A stretch of 57,963 nt of DNA. Source: an uncultured Clostridia bacterium (GTDB taxonomy: Bacteria > Bacillota > Clostridia > Oscillospirales > Acutalibacteraceae). Below the pieces are notes generated by a model. That model saw only the letters and a program-made list of their open reading frames with translations. It was not told the origin of the DNA and made no database searches. Below are positions 46,993 through 56,889 of this stretch, piece by piece. The stretch is from contig CALWVB010000012.1 of NCBI GenBank assembly GCA_944384895.1, forward strand, positions 1 through 57,963, given 5' to 3'. The position numbers and the translations under genes were made by a program. Numbering within the stretch: the stretch's first letter is position 1; each line of letters begins with the position of its first letter.

Positions 46993-47487
46993 ATGAATAA
47001 TAAAATAACTATTAGAGAATGTACAGAAAACGATTGTACACTGATTCTTGAATTTATAAAACAACTTGCAAAATATGAAAATATGTTAGACCAGGTTACG
47101 GCAACGGAAGAAAAATTAAAAGATAGCTTATTTAATAAAAATATTGCTAAAGCAATTATTGCAGAACATGATGGTACGCCTTGTGGATATGCTTTATATT
47201 TTTATAATTTTTCTACATGGCATGGAAAACCTGGCATATATCTTGAAGATTTATTTGTTATACCTGAATACCGCAGTCTTGGAATAGGTAAATCATTATT
47301 TACATATATAGCAAAAATAGCATATGAAAATAATTTTGCACGATTTGAATGGGTATGTCTTGATTGGAATACTCCTTCTATAAAATTTTATGAATCTATG
47401 GGTGCGAAAGCTATGGACGAATGGACAACTTATCGTCTGGATGGTGATAATTTAAAAAAAGCTGGTGATATGTATTCTAAATTATAA
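46993..47487 (+). CDS. GNAT family N-acetyltransferase (diamine/spermidine acetyltransferase-like)
   Basis: 164 aa with the acetyl-CoA-binding segment YRSLGIGKSLF (Q/RxxGxG/A type). AGGAGG RBS. Confidence 0.8.
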   Translation: MNNKITIRECTENDCTLILEFIKQLAKYENMLDQVTATEEKLKDSLFNKNIAKAIIAEHDGTPCGYALYFYNFSTWHGKPGIYLEDLFVIPEYRSLGIGKSLFTYIAKIAYENNFARFEWVCLDWNTPSIKFYESMGAKAMDEWTTYRLDGDNLKKAGDMYSKL

Positions 47488-48456
47488 AAAATTATCACTA
47501 ATAACATCTAAACCAAGATATTTTGCTTTATCCCATACAAGACTATTAAAATATTTATCATTATGAGGATCTTTTGAATCATTTGACGGAGTTAGTTCAA
47601 TACAAATACCTGGACGGTTATATTTATATCTAAACCAATTTTCAAAGCCTCCCGCATAACTATTCACATTATCAGTGCTTTCCATTGGTTTATATCCAGT
47701 AGATTTCTCGATAATTTTCATTAATTTAATAGAACCAGGTACAATACCGGTATTATCATCTGTCCAATATAATACTTCTCCTTTTGCATGAAAGCTTAAC
47801 ATAAATTTAAAATTATAATTTTCACATAAATCAATTAATGCTTTGCTTTCTGGTTCAGATGCAGGTGAATATCCGCGAAAGCCATTAATATCAGGCTGAT
47901 ATATTCCAGTATCTATATCATCCCATCTGTTTGTAGGAAAATTCTGATTTAAATTTACTCCATTAGCATTAGCCCTCCAATTAATATGATAATTTAATGC
48001 CATTTCTACTCCATCAGGATTAATCATTGGCACAATATATATTGTTGCATTATCTAGTAATTGTTTAACATTTCTTCCTCCAAATTTTTGTTCACTAATA
48101 TAACATCTGGCATATTCTTCAGTCATTTTGAGTAGATAAGCACTTGTTATATATTCAGTGCCATGTGTAGCACCAGTAAATAATACTTTTTGCTGGCCTT
48201 TTCCTAGTTTTATTAAATAAAGATTTCTATCTTGCTGTGATTTTCCTATTATAGATAATTCTATAACTTCTGAATATTCATCTGATAATTCTATTATTTC
48301 ATTATTTAACTTTTCATAATTTGTAGGTATATATGGATTAACTATTTTATGGTTTATTAATATATATAATAATAAAAATGATATTATAAATATAAATGAT
48401 ATTAATAGCATTATAATATTATAAGAAATATTATACTTTTTCATATTAATCTCCAA
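47482..48456 (-). CDS. M14 family zinc carboxypeptidase with N-terminal membrane anchor (gamma-D-glutamyl-diamino-acid peptidase-like)
   Basis: HGTEY (HxxE zinc ligands), a later H in LSFHAKGE and a TM helix near the N-terminus. Confidence 0.7.
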   Translation of the reverse strand: MEINMKKYNISYNIIMLLISFIFIISFLLLYILINHKIVNPYIPTNYEKLNNEIIELSDEYSEVIELSIIGKSQQDRNLYLIKLGKGQQKVLFTGATHGTEYITSAYLLKMTEEYARCYISEQKFGGRNVKQLLDNATIYIVPMINPDGVEMALNYHINWRANANGVNLNQNFPTNRWDDIDTGIYQPDINGFRGYSPASEPESKALIDLCENYNFKFMLSFHAKGEVLYWTDDNTGIVPGSIKLMKIIEKSTGYKPMESTDNVNSYAGGFENWFRYKYNRPGICIELTPSNDSKDPHNDKYFNSLVWDKAKYLGLDVISDNFL

Positions 48457-48503
48457 ATAAATTAAAATTAATAATTAATATGAAAATTTCACAACAATTA
48501 TAA

Positions 48504-48561
48504 TAAAAAAATACGCTATGATAGTATCTGCATTAAGCATTTATTATCATAGCGTCTTTTT
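48504..48561 (-). terminator. Terminator downstream of oadB
   Basis: ACGCTATGATA pairs with TATCATAGCGT, with a U7 tract on the minus strand. Confidence 0.6.
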
Positions 48562-48596
48562 AATTAATTTATAAAAGTATGGGAAAATAAAGAATT

Positions 48597-49928
48597 TTAT
48601 CCAAGTATAGCTATAAGAACACCAGCTGCAACTGCTGAACCGATAACGCCTGCAACGTTTGGTCCCATAGCATGCATAAGAAGGAAGTTAGCTGGATTAG
48701 CTTGTTGGCCAACCTTTTGTGAAACACGTGCTGCCATAGGAACAGCAGATACGCCGGCTGACCCAATAAGCGGATTGACCTGTCCTTTTGTAGCAACATA
48801 CATAAGCTTGCCAAACAATACGCCGCCTGCTGTACCTACCATAAATGCAGCCAAACCTAAAGCTATAATACCAAGTGTTTGAAGCTTTAAGAATGTCTGG
48901 CCGTTTGCAGTAGCGCCTACTGTTATTCCTAAGAATATTGTAATAATATTCATAAGCTCATTTTGTGCTGTTTTATTTAACCTATCAACTACGCCACTTT
49001 CACGGAAGAGGTTACCTAACATAAGCATACCGACCAAAGGAGCTGCTGATGGAAGTAAAAGTGAAACAATTATAGTTACAATTATTGGGAAAAGAATCTT
49101 TTCTAATTTTGATACTGTACGAAGCTGTTTCATTACTACGCTGCGTTCTTTTTTGGTTGTTAATAATTTCATAATAGGCGGCTGTATAATAGGAACAAGC
49201 GCCATATATGAATATGCAGCAACCGCAATAGGCCCTAATAATTCCGGAGCTAATTTTGATGTAACATAAATAGCAGTCGGACCGTCTGCACCGCCTATAA
49301 TAGCAATAGATGCAGCCTGAGCGCTTGTAAACATGCCACCCATTAATTTTGCGCCGATAAATGTAGTAAAAATACCAAGCTGTGCTGCGGCACCGAGAAG
49401 GAAACTCTTTGGATTTGCTATAAGAGGTCCAAAGTCAGTCATACAACCAATTCCAAGGAAAATGAGTGGAGGATAAATACCAAGTTTTACGCCTTGGTAA
49501 AGATAATAAAACAATCCGCCTGTTTGTACAGGTTGATTCCAATATGGAACTAAACCTTGCCATACTATCGGATAATTATGCGATTCTTCCGGATGTAAAG
49601 CTGCAAGTATATCATTTATCTGTGTTGCCGATAGATTATTTTTTATTTCTTCTATCGACATATTTGCTGCATTACATAATTCATCAACCGGTATAGGAAT
49701 AAGTTCATTTTTTGGTACATCCATTATTCCTGCTAATGGAAGATTAGCTAATAACATACCAAATGCAATAGGTAATAATAACAATGGCTCAAATTTCTTA
49801 GCAATTGCAAGATATAATAATATGCATGATATTCCTATCATTACATAATTCTGCCAATAATCCAGACTCAATCCAGATGTATTTATAAGCTCTGTAATAG
49901 CTTGACCGAAGCCTTCAAATATACCCAC
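48597..49928 (-). CDS. oadB: Sodium-ion-translocating decarboxylase beta subunit (OadB/MmdB/GcdB family)
   Basis: 443-aa polytopic membrane protein with family-typical segments IGGADGPTAIY and GAAAQLGIF. Confidence 0.88.
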   Translation of the reverse strand: MGIFEGFGQAITELINTSGLSLDYWQNYVMIGISCILLYLAIAKKFEPLLLLPIAFGMLLANLPLAGIMDVPKNELIPIPVDELCNAANMSIEEIKNNLSATQINDILAALHPEESHNYPIVWQGLVPYWNQPVQTGGLFYYLYQGVKLGIYPPLIFLGIGCMTDFGPLIANPKSFLLGAAAQLGIFTTFIGAKLMGGMFTSAQAASIAIIGGADGPTAIYVTSKLAPELLGPIAVAAYSYMALVPIIQPPIMKLLTTKKERSVVMKQLRTVSKLEKILFPIIVTIIVSLLLPSAAPLVGMLMLGNLFRESGVVDRLNKTAQNELMNIITIFLGITVGATANGQTFLKLQTLGIIALGLAAFMVGTAGGVLFGKLMYVATKGQVNPLIGSAGVSAVPMAARVSQKVGQQANPANFLLMHAMGPNVAGVIGSAVAAGVLIAILG

Positions 49929-49954
49929 TTTATCCGTCCTTCCTTATATATTTT

Positions 49955-50335
49955 TTAAAAGGGGCGGGTATTTTCCATAATTCCTGCCATACCCCATATA
50001 GAACGGCCTGTGCCAACTCGCCTAATTTTGCGAATAGAATAAGTCTTTCCATTTGATGCGCCTAATGATGCTACAGCAGATGCTATTACTGCAATAATCT
50101 CATCCATATCCTCCTGCTGAGTATTTACAGCTGAAGGTATAATAGTTGGGCTGCTGTTAGGAACATTTTTGGAAATATTAACTGTTTCGTTGCCGGCTGC
50201 TTTCTTTTTATTATTTGATCCACTTTGTGCTTTGTTTATGGTTTTACCATAAATCCAGATGATAAAGGTTAAAAGAATTAATACAGCAAAAACAACAACA
50301 AGACCAGTTAGAGTAACTGTTGCAATATCACCCAT
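49955..50335 (-). CDS. oadG: OadG-family decarboxylase gamma subunit
   Basis: Single N-terminal TM helix (LTGLVVVFAVLILLTFIIW). Start set to ATG 50335 behind GAAGGAG (the ORF track begins at 50392). Adjacent to oadB. Confidence 0.7.
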   Translation of the reverse strand: MGDIATVTLTGLVVVFAVLILLTFIIWIYGKTINKAQSGSNNKKKAAGNETVNISKNVPNSSPTIIPSAVNTQQEDMDEIIAVIASAVASLGASNGKTYSIRKIRRVGTGRSIWGMAGIMENTRPF

Positions 50336-50477
50336 ACTTCTTATCTCCTTCTCTAAAATTTTACAAAATTTCAAACAGATTTTATTATACAATAATTTCT
50401 AAATGTTTTCAATTAAATAGTAAACAATTAATAATATTTGTAGCTTCATACAAAAACCATAATATAAATCTATTATT

Positions 50478-51761
50478 TTATACTTTAATTTGTACTCCGC
50501 CTACAGGACGTATTGATAATATATAACATCTGTCTTTTCCTACTACGGATTCTATAACTGATTTATATTTATCTAATATATCATTAGGAACAAATGCCTG
50601 AATAGTTCCGGCAAATCCGCCTCCATGTACTCTCCATGCACCTTTTCCACTTAATACTGTTTCTGATACTGCAAGCGCTAATGAAATCCCCTGTTCTTTA
50701 GGAAGTTTAGTTGTAAATACATTTTGTAAATACATAGCTGATGAGCGTCCAGATTCAAGAATAAATTCTTTGAATTTTTCAAAATCGCCTTGTTTTAATG
50801 CCTCTGCTTCTTTTAATACACGTTCATTATCACCAAAAAAGTGTATTGCTCTTAAAAATGCTCTATCCCCTGCTTTTTCGCGTATTATATTAATATTTTC
50901 ATATAATTTATCTAACGATGTCTCACGCAATACATTTACCCCAAGAATATTTGCAACTGTTTTCATTTCTTTAGGTATAGATGCATAATCATCAGTTAAA
51001 TCAGCATGGTTTCCACCGGTATCTACTATACATAACGAATAACCATATGATGAAATATCCAATTCTATTTTTTCAATGACTGGATTTTCAGGATCCTTAA
51101 AATCTATAGATATAAAACCACCAACTGAACTTGCCATTTGATCCATAAGCCCACATGGTTTCCCAAAAAATACATTTTCAGCGTATTGTGAAATTTTGGC
51201 ACATTGTACTGCATCAACTGTACCCTTATTAAATACATTACTCAAAATAGTCGCAACCAAAACTTCAAATGCAGCTGAACTTGATAATCCTGAACCTTTT
51301 AATACATTGGATGTTGTATAAGCGTTAAATCCACCTATATTATACCCTAGCTGTACAAAACGAGCTGCAATACCTCTGATAAGTGAACATGATTTCCCAT
51401 ATTCATTGTCTATCGGATCAAGATTTAATAAATCTATATTATCCTGATTAAATCCTTCTGATTTAATTCTTATTATATTTTCATTATTTATGCTAACAAC
51501 AGCTATTACATCAAGATTTACTGAAGCTGCTAATACCCTGCCATGATTATGGTCGGTATGATTCCCTCCAATTTCAGTACGTCCTGGAGCGCTAAATAAC
51601 ATTATATCATTAGTATCTCCATATATATTAACATAATTATCTATGGCTTTTATATAGCGTATTTTTTGTTCTTCAATATTTTTAATACCGTATAATTTCC
51701 CTAGAATATCATTATATCTGCCATTTTCAATCTCTTGTTTTATTAGCTGAATATTTGACAT
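50478..51761 (-). CDS. galK: Galactokinase (GHMP kinase)
   Basis: Galactokinase signature APGRTEIGGNHTDHNHG and GHMP motif GSGLSSSAAFEV. Confidence 0.88.
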   Translation of the reverse strand: MSNIQLIKQEIENGRYNDILGKLYGIKNIEEQKIRYIKAIDNYVNIYGDTNDIMLFSAPGRTEIGGNHTDHNHGRVLAASVNLDVIAVVSINNENIIRIKSEGFNQDNIDLLNLDPIDNEYGKSCSLIRGIAARFVQLGYNIGGFNAYTTSNVLKGSGLSSSAAFEVLVATILSNVFNKGTVDAVQCAKISQYAENVFFGKPCGLMDQMASSVGGFISIDFKDPENPVIEKIELDISSYGYSLCIVDTGGNHADLTDDYASIPKEMKTVANILGVNVLRETSLDKLYENINIIREKAGDRAFLRAIHFFGDNERVLKEAEALKQGDFEKFKEFILESGRSSAMYLQNVFTTKLPKEQGISLALAVSETVLSGKGAWRVHGGGFAGTIQAFVPNDILDKYKSVIESVVGKDRCYILSIRPVGGVQIKV

Positions 51762-51875
51762 AAATATTTTCCTTTCTGATAAAAGTAATAAATATATATT
51801 TTTTTATCTATAATTTTTACTTTAAGTAATATTTGTATTATATAATGAAATTATCCAATTTAAAATAAACCTCAA

Positions 51876-51917
51876 ATAAAAACAGGCGAAAAGATCTTTT
51901 CTTCGCCTGTTTTTATT
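51876..51917. terminator. Bidirectional Rho-independent terminator
   Basis: AAAAACAGGCGAA pairs with TTCGCCTGTTTTT. Confidence 0.75.
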
Positions 51918-51944
51918 AATAAAGTTCTAAACAAAATCTTAGAA

Positions 51945-52883
51945 TTACATCTTATTACTTAACCATTTAATACGTAGATCAGCAACCATATCTGTATACA
52001 TATTTCGGCATTCTGAATATCTTTTATTTTCAATCATGCATAAACATTTTGACAGATATTGTTTCCAAATCCGATTATATTCTAATGATTTTAAATCACT
52101 ATTATCAATTTGCTTAATAATAAACGGTGCTATAAGATAATATTCCGCTATTTGAGATTGTCCACCATCCTGTTTATTTAACCAATTATCACGAAAATTT
52201 CTGAAACTATTTAATTCATAACAATCGTCAGGTTTATTCATACATTGGCAAACTGCAGTAGTAATAAAGCAAAACTTACCTTTACGTTTAAAGCCTTCAT
52301 TTATTTGTTCAAAAGTAGCAGGAGCTAAAGAATGCTTTGGATATTTACTATTCCAAACATCTATAATATTTTGAGCAAGCATATCGGAAAATTCCGCTCC
52401 ATATTGTAAAATAGCTGGAACAACAAACGCAACAATATGCCTTGTATATAAAAATTCTGCATCCATTTTTTTGCGTTTTATACCAGAAAGCTGTTTTATA
52501 ATTTCATTAGCAATATATTCGCCGAATTCATTAATAATTTCTTCTTTTTTAAAAGTATCCGGACATAAATTAAAAGCTTCATTAAAATGATCAAGCGATG
52601 CTTTAAAATATTCACAATATTTTTCAAAGGATGGTGGATAGGTTATTTTTGTAAATACATCAGCATCTTTTTGTGGAATAATTATTGCGTGTATATCAAG
52701 ATTTTTATAAGCTCTATTCATTGCATTTATTAATGATTGCTCATCTGCTGCAACTTTTGTAGGCTTTTTATCTCTCTTAACAATAAAACTTTCTCCACAA
52801 AACATACATATTACATTTTCCAATTTTTCCGGGACCTGAAGTTCTTCGCCGCATCTCGGACATTTTTCTAAAGTAAATGCCAT
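51945..52883 (-). CDS. Hypothetical protein with N-terminal zinc ribbon and C-terminal Cys-rich CFITTAVC module
   Basis: CPRCGEEL...CMFCGE (CxxC-x16-CxxC). C-terminal KFCFITTAVCQCMNKPDDCYELNSFRNFRDNWL. Confidence 0.55.
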   Translation of the reverse strand: MAFTLEKCPRCGEELQVPEKLENVICMFCGESFIVKRDKKPTKVAADEQSLINAMNRAYKNLDIHAIIIPQKDADVFTKITYPPSFEKYCEYFKASLDHFNEAFNLCPDTFKKEEIINEFGEYIANEIIKQLSGIKRKKMDAEFLYTRHIVAFVVPAILQYGAEFSDMLAQNIIDVWNSKYPKHSLAPATFEQINEGFKRKGKFCFITTAVCQCMNKPDDCYELNSFRNFRDNWLNKQDGGQSQIAEYYLIAPFIIKQIDNSDLKSLEYNRIWKQYLSKCLCMIENKRYSECRNMYTDMVADLRIKWLSNKM

Positions 52884-52944
52884 ATTAATATTACTCTCCC
52901 GTAAAAATAAAGTTTACTTATATTATTATATCGAACTAAAAATA

Positions 52945-54330
52945 TTATTCTGAACGGCTTTGTCTTAAAGTTAAAAGTTCCGGCATATGCAAATATACCT
53001 GGTGTTCTAACTCAAGATCGCCGATAACGGTTGTACGACCGCCTTCATATTCAGCATCAACCCATTGTTTTATCTTTTCAACACGTGGGTCCCGCTTATC
53101 AATTTTATGAGCATCATCCAACATATAATAAGTATTAATCCAAGCTGTAATGCCAGCAAGGCCCGATACTTTATCAACAACTACTATAGGCGGACGTCCT
53201 AAGATATCAGTAGTATTGAATATATTGTATATTTCTTCATCTTTAAGTAAACCATCTGCATGTATACCAGCTTTAGTAGCATTAAATGCACGTCCTACAA
53301 ATGGCGTACGAGGTGGTATTTCATAATTAAGTTCATTTTCAAAATATTCTGCAATTTCTGTTATAACCTTAAGGTCAAGACCTCCTGTATTGCCTTTTAA
53401 CTGGCAATATTCAATACACATAGCTTCAAGAGGCGTATTACCTGTACGTTCGCCAATTCCAAGCAATGATGTATTTATAGCTGACGCGCCGTACATCCAT
53501 GCTGTAACAGCATTAGGAACTGCATTATAAAAATCATTATGTCCATGCCATTCAAGCTGTTCTGATGGAACATGACTATAATTCATAAGTCCGTACATAA
53601 TTTGCTGTACACTTCTTGGCAATACAACTCCTGGTATATATGAACCAAGGCCTAATGTATCACAAGCACGTATTTTAATAGGAATACCTGATTCTTTTGA
53701 TAATTCCATAAGTTTAGCAGCAAACGGCAATACAAATCCAAAGAAATCTGCACGTGTTATATCTTCAAAATGACAGCGCGGTGTTATGCCTGCTTCAAGC
53801 GCTGCACATATAACTGATAAATAATTTTCTATAGCCTCATTACGTGTCCATTTCATCTTTTTAAAGATATGATAATCAGAACAGGATACAAGTATACCAG
53901 TTTCTTTTATATTCATATCTTTTACTAGCTGGAAATCCTTTTTATTTGCACGTATCCATGAAGTAATTTGCGGGAATTCATATCCACGTTCAAGACATGC
54001 GGTAACTGCTTCTTTATCTTTATTAGAATAAAGGAAAAATTCAGATTGATGAATAATACCGGAACCATTATCTAATTTATGTAATAAATCATATAAATGG
54101 ACAATTTGTTCTACTGTATATGGTGAACGGGCTTGTTGGCCATCACGGAAGGTCGTATCAGTAATATACAATCTTTCAGGCATATTCATAGGTACAATAC
54201 GCTGATTAAAAATAAGCCTGGGTATTTCATTATATGGGTACATATTTCTGAAAAGATTTGGTTTATCTACATCCATATATTTATAACCAAATTCAAGTAC
54301 ACCTGATTTTTTATTTAAAATAGGTTCCAT
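52945..54330 (-). CDS. Isopropylmalate/homocitrate synthase family enzyme (possible Re-citrate synthase)
   Basis: HMGL-like barrel motifs ITDTTFRDGQQA and HGHNDFYNAVPN. About 50-aa N-terminal extension and no LeuA dimerisation/regulatory domain. Confidence 0.7.
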   Translation of the reverse strand: MEPILNKKSGVLEFGYKYMDVDKPNLFRNMYPYNEIPRLIFNQRIVPMNMPERLYITDTTFRDGQQARSPYTVEQIVHLYDLLHKLDNGSGIIHQSEFFLYSNKDKEAVTACLERGYEFPQITSWIRANKKDFQLVKDMNIKETGILVSCSDYHIFKKMKWTRNEAIENYLSVICAALEAGITPRCHFEDITRADFFGFVLPFAAKLMELSKESGIPIKIRACDTLGLGSYIPGVVLPRSVQQIMYGLMNYSHVPSEQLEWHGHNDFYNAVPNAVTAWMYGASAINTSLLGIGERTGNTPLEAMCIEYCQLKGNTGGLDLKVITEIAEYFENELNYEIPPRTPFVGRAFNATKAGIHADGLLKDEEIYNIFNTTDILGRPPIVVVDKVSGLAGITAWINTYYMLDDAHKIDKRDPRVEKIKQWVDAEYEGGRTTVIGDLELEHQVYLHMPELLTLRQSRSE

Positions 54331-54624
54331 AGTTTCAACTCCTTTGTTGATTATTATAACTTTTATTTATTTATAATATCATATTTAACATGTCGAAAAC
54401 AGTTTTTTTAGTAATAATTAATTAAATGTTCATAGATTACCTACTTATACTTGACTTAGATATATTAAAATACATTATTTTTTTAGTTGTAAGCATAAAA
54501 ATTATGATACTTTTTTGGATGAAATGTAAAAAATAATCATCTTATGGACAAATTGCAAATGATAGTGTATAATTTAATCTGCTATTTTGTTTAAAAGTAT
54601 GTTTAACTTCAAGGAGGATATTTA

Positions 54625-55692
54625 ATGAAACACTTAAAAAGGGGTATTTCCCTAGTCTTAGCTTTTGTATTGGCACTATCACTTACAGCATGTGGTGATA
54701 CTACATGGGTATATAAATATGATGATGTAACTATTACATCAGGCATATATCTTGCTTTTTTGCTTGACGGATATTCTCAGGTTGTTTCGGAAGAATCTCT
54801 TGATACTACAGAAGGAGACGTTCTGTCACAAGACCTCAGCGATGGTACTTCCGTTGTTGACAGAGTAAAAGAAGTTGCAAAAGAAAATGTTAGCCAGGTT
54901 CTTTTTGCTATGTCTGAATTAAATAGGCTTGGCGTTGAAATGACTGAAGAAGATAATAGTATGGTTGATACCCAATCCGACAGTATGTGGACATATTATT
55001 CACAGTTTTCTAATAACGCATATGAAAATAATGGTACAAGCGAAGAATCTTTTAAAACATATAACAGATACAATTATTCAATAACAAAACTTTTTGAAAC
55101 TCTTTACGGCGAAGGCGGAGAAAAAGAAATATCTGTAGAAGATCTTCTTGATTATTTTGAGAACAACTATTATAGTTTTAAAACAATATCTGCTCCATTA
55201 GTTGATACATCAACAGGCGAAGCTATAGAAGAAAGCGAAGCTAACGAAACTAAAGAACGTTTAGATGATTATGTAACTCAACTTAACGACGGTGTTTCTT
55301 TTGATACTGTACAAGCTCTTGAAAACGTTGCAACCGGTAATACTGATGGCAGTACTGACAGTGATGGAAATCCAGTTGTTGCACAAGCAAATGTTTTAGA
55401 TGTTGATACAATATCATCAAGTATTTCAGAAGATGCAGTAACTCAACTTGCTTCTGCTGAAGTAAATGAAGCTTTTGCAATTGAAACTGACACATATTAT
55501 TGGGTTATTCAAAAATGTGAGCTTGATGTTTCTGAAGGATCTGAAGATTTTACTAATAACCGTTTAAATATAATGAATGCACTTAAAGGCGAAGAATATG
55601 ATACATGGCTGACTGAACAGGGTAATAGTCTTGATATGACAGTTAATAACCATGCAGTTAACTATTATTCTCCTAAAAAATTAAAAGTATAG
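54625..55692 (+). CDS. Putative lipoprotein (acidic, SurA/PrsA-N-terminal-like)
   Basis: Lipobox LSLTAC after a basic and hydrophobic signal. AAGGAGG RBS. Confidence 0.65.
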   Translation: MKHLKRGISLVLAFVLALSLTACGDTTWVYKYDDVTITSGIYLAFLLDGYSQVVSEESLDTTEGDVLSQDLSDGTSVVDRVKEVAKENVSQVLFAMSELNRLGVEMTEEDNSMVDTQSDSMWTYYSQFSNNAYENNGTSEESFKTYNRYNYSITKLFETLYGEGGEKEISVEDLLDYFENNYYSFKTISAPLVDTSTGEAIEESEANETKERLDDYVTQLNDGVSFDTVQALENVATGNTDGSTDSDGNPVVAQANVLDVDTISSSISEDAVTQLASAEVNEAFAIETDTYYWVIQKCELDVSEGSEDFTNNRLNIMNALKGEEYDTWLTEQGNSLDMTVNNHAVNYYSPKKLKV

Positions 55693-55715
55693 TAATCTAT
55701 TTAATTTTAATCAAT

Positions 55716-55755
55716 AATCCCCCCTACTATTTATAACCATAGCAGGGGGGATATT
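55716..55755. terminator. Bidirectional terminator between convergent genes
   Basis: ATCCCCCCT pairs with AGGGGGGAT, with flanking T and A tracts. Confidence 0.7.
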
Positions 55756-56766
55756 TTATATTTTTCTTTCATAGCAAATATCATTTATCATGAAATCAAT
55801 AATATCCCTACTGTTTTTGTACAAACCGCATGCCAACATTAATTTAATAATTGCACATTCACTTGATATATCCTTTAAAATATACACATTTTCAGTTTCA
55901 TAAATTTTTTCAGATTTATATATTCCACCTTTACTATCAAATGGAGCTATAAAAAGTGGAATATCATATTCTTTACATCGTATGATTAAATTTTCTATAG
56001 AAAAATTTCCGTCTTCAGTACATACTGTGGATGAATGGTATGTTTCATGCAATATAGCTTTTATATTTCCTGTTATACAAATATTATTATAATTAAGTCC
56101 TGGATAAGGCATTATACGTAAAATATCAGTACTGAATACAGGATTTATCCTTTTGAACTGTACTGTATTATTATGACATTCTGATTGTTTAGATGATAAT
56201 TTTATAGTATCATTTGTTATTATACATATAGGCTCAGTTATCCCAATAAATTTATTTTCAAAGGTTCTTGATTGCATAATATGTGAAGCTATATGAATAT
56301 TAACTGTAATATTATCATTGCTCCATGCGCAAAATACGCCATTAAATTTTGTTTTTAATATAAATCTAACCGAAGCATTAAAATTTGTATATCCATTTGT
56401 ACGTTTATCTCCTAATGGATAATTAGATGCTGTTATTATTACTGGTATTGGGATATTATTTAATAATAATGAAAGTGCGCATGAAGTATAACAAAGGGTA
56501 TCCGAACCGTGAGTAATAATTATCCCATTATATTGTGTGAAATCAATGTACATGATAGTTTCATATAATTTAACCCAAAAATCCGGATTAATATTTTCAC
56601 TTAATAAAACCGAAAAATTAATAATTTCAAATGATATATCATCTGAATAATTGTTTTGATAATTATCAATTAATTGTGATTTCGTAGACATATCTGGGGC
56701 TATTACTCCATTAGATAATACGCTTTCTATTGTTCCGCCTGTAGTTATTACTAATATCTTAGCCAT
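55756..56766 (-). CDS. L-asparaginase (type I family)
   Basis: ILVITTGGTIES nucleophile-Thr motif and ITHGSDTL second motif. Confidence 0.75.
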   Translation of the reverse strand: MAKILVITTGGTIESVLSNGVIAPDMSTKSQLIDNYQNNYSDDISFEIINFSVLLSENINPDFWVKLYETIMYIDFTQYNGIIITHGSDTLCYTSCALSLLLNNIPIPVIITASNYPLGDKRTNGYTNFNASVRFILKTKFNGVFCAWSNDNITVNIHIASHIMQSRTFENKFIGITEPICIITNDTIKLSSKQSECHNNTVQFKRINPVFSTDILRIMPYPGLNYNNICITGNIKAILHETYHSSTVCTEDGNFSIENLIIRCKEYDIPLFIAPFDSKGGIYKSEKIYETENVYILKDISSECAIIKLMLACGLYKNSRDIIDFMINDICYERKI

Positions 56767-56889
56767 ATTTTAGAATATCCCATCCTTATAAAAAATTAAA
56801 AAACGCCAGATAAAATATTTATCCAAGCGTTTTTATTATATCATATTTAGATAGCGATTATTAAATATTTATGATCATATTCTTTATAA

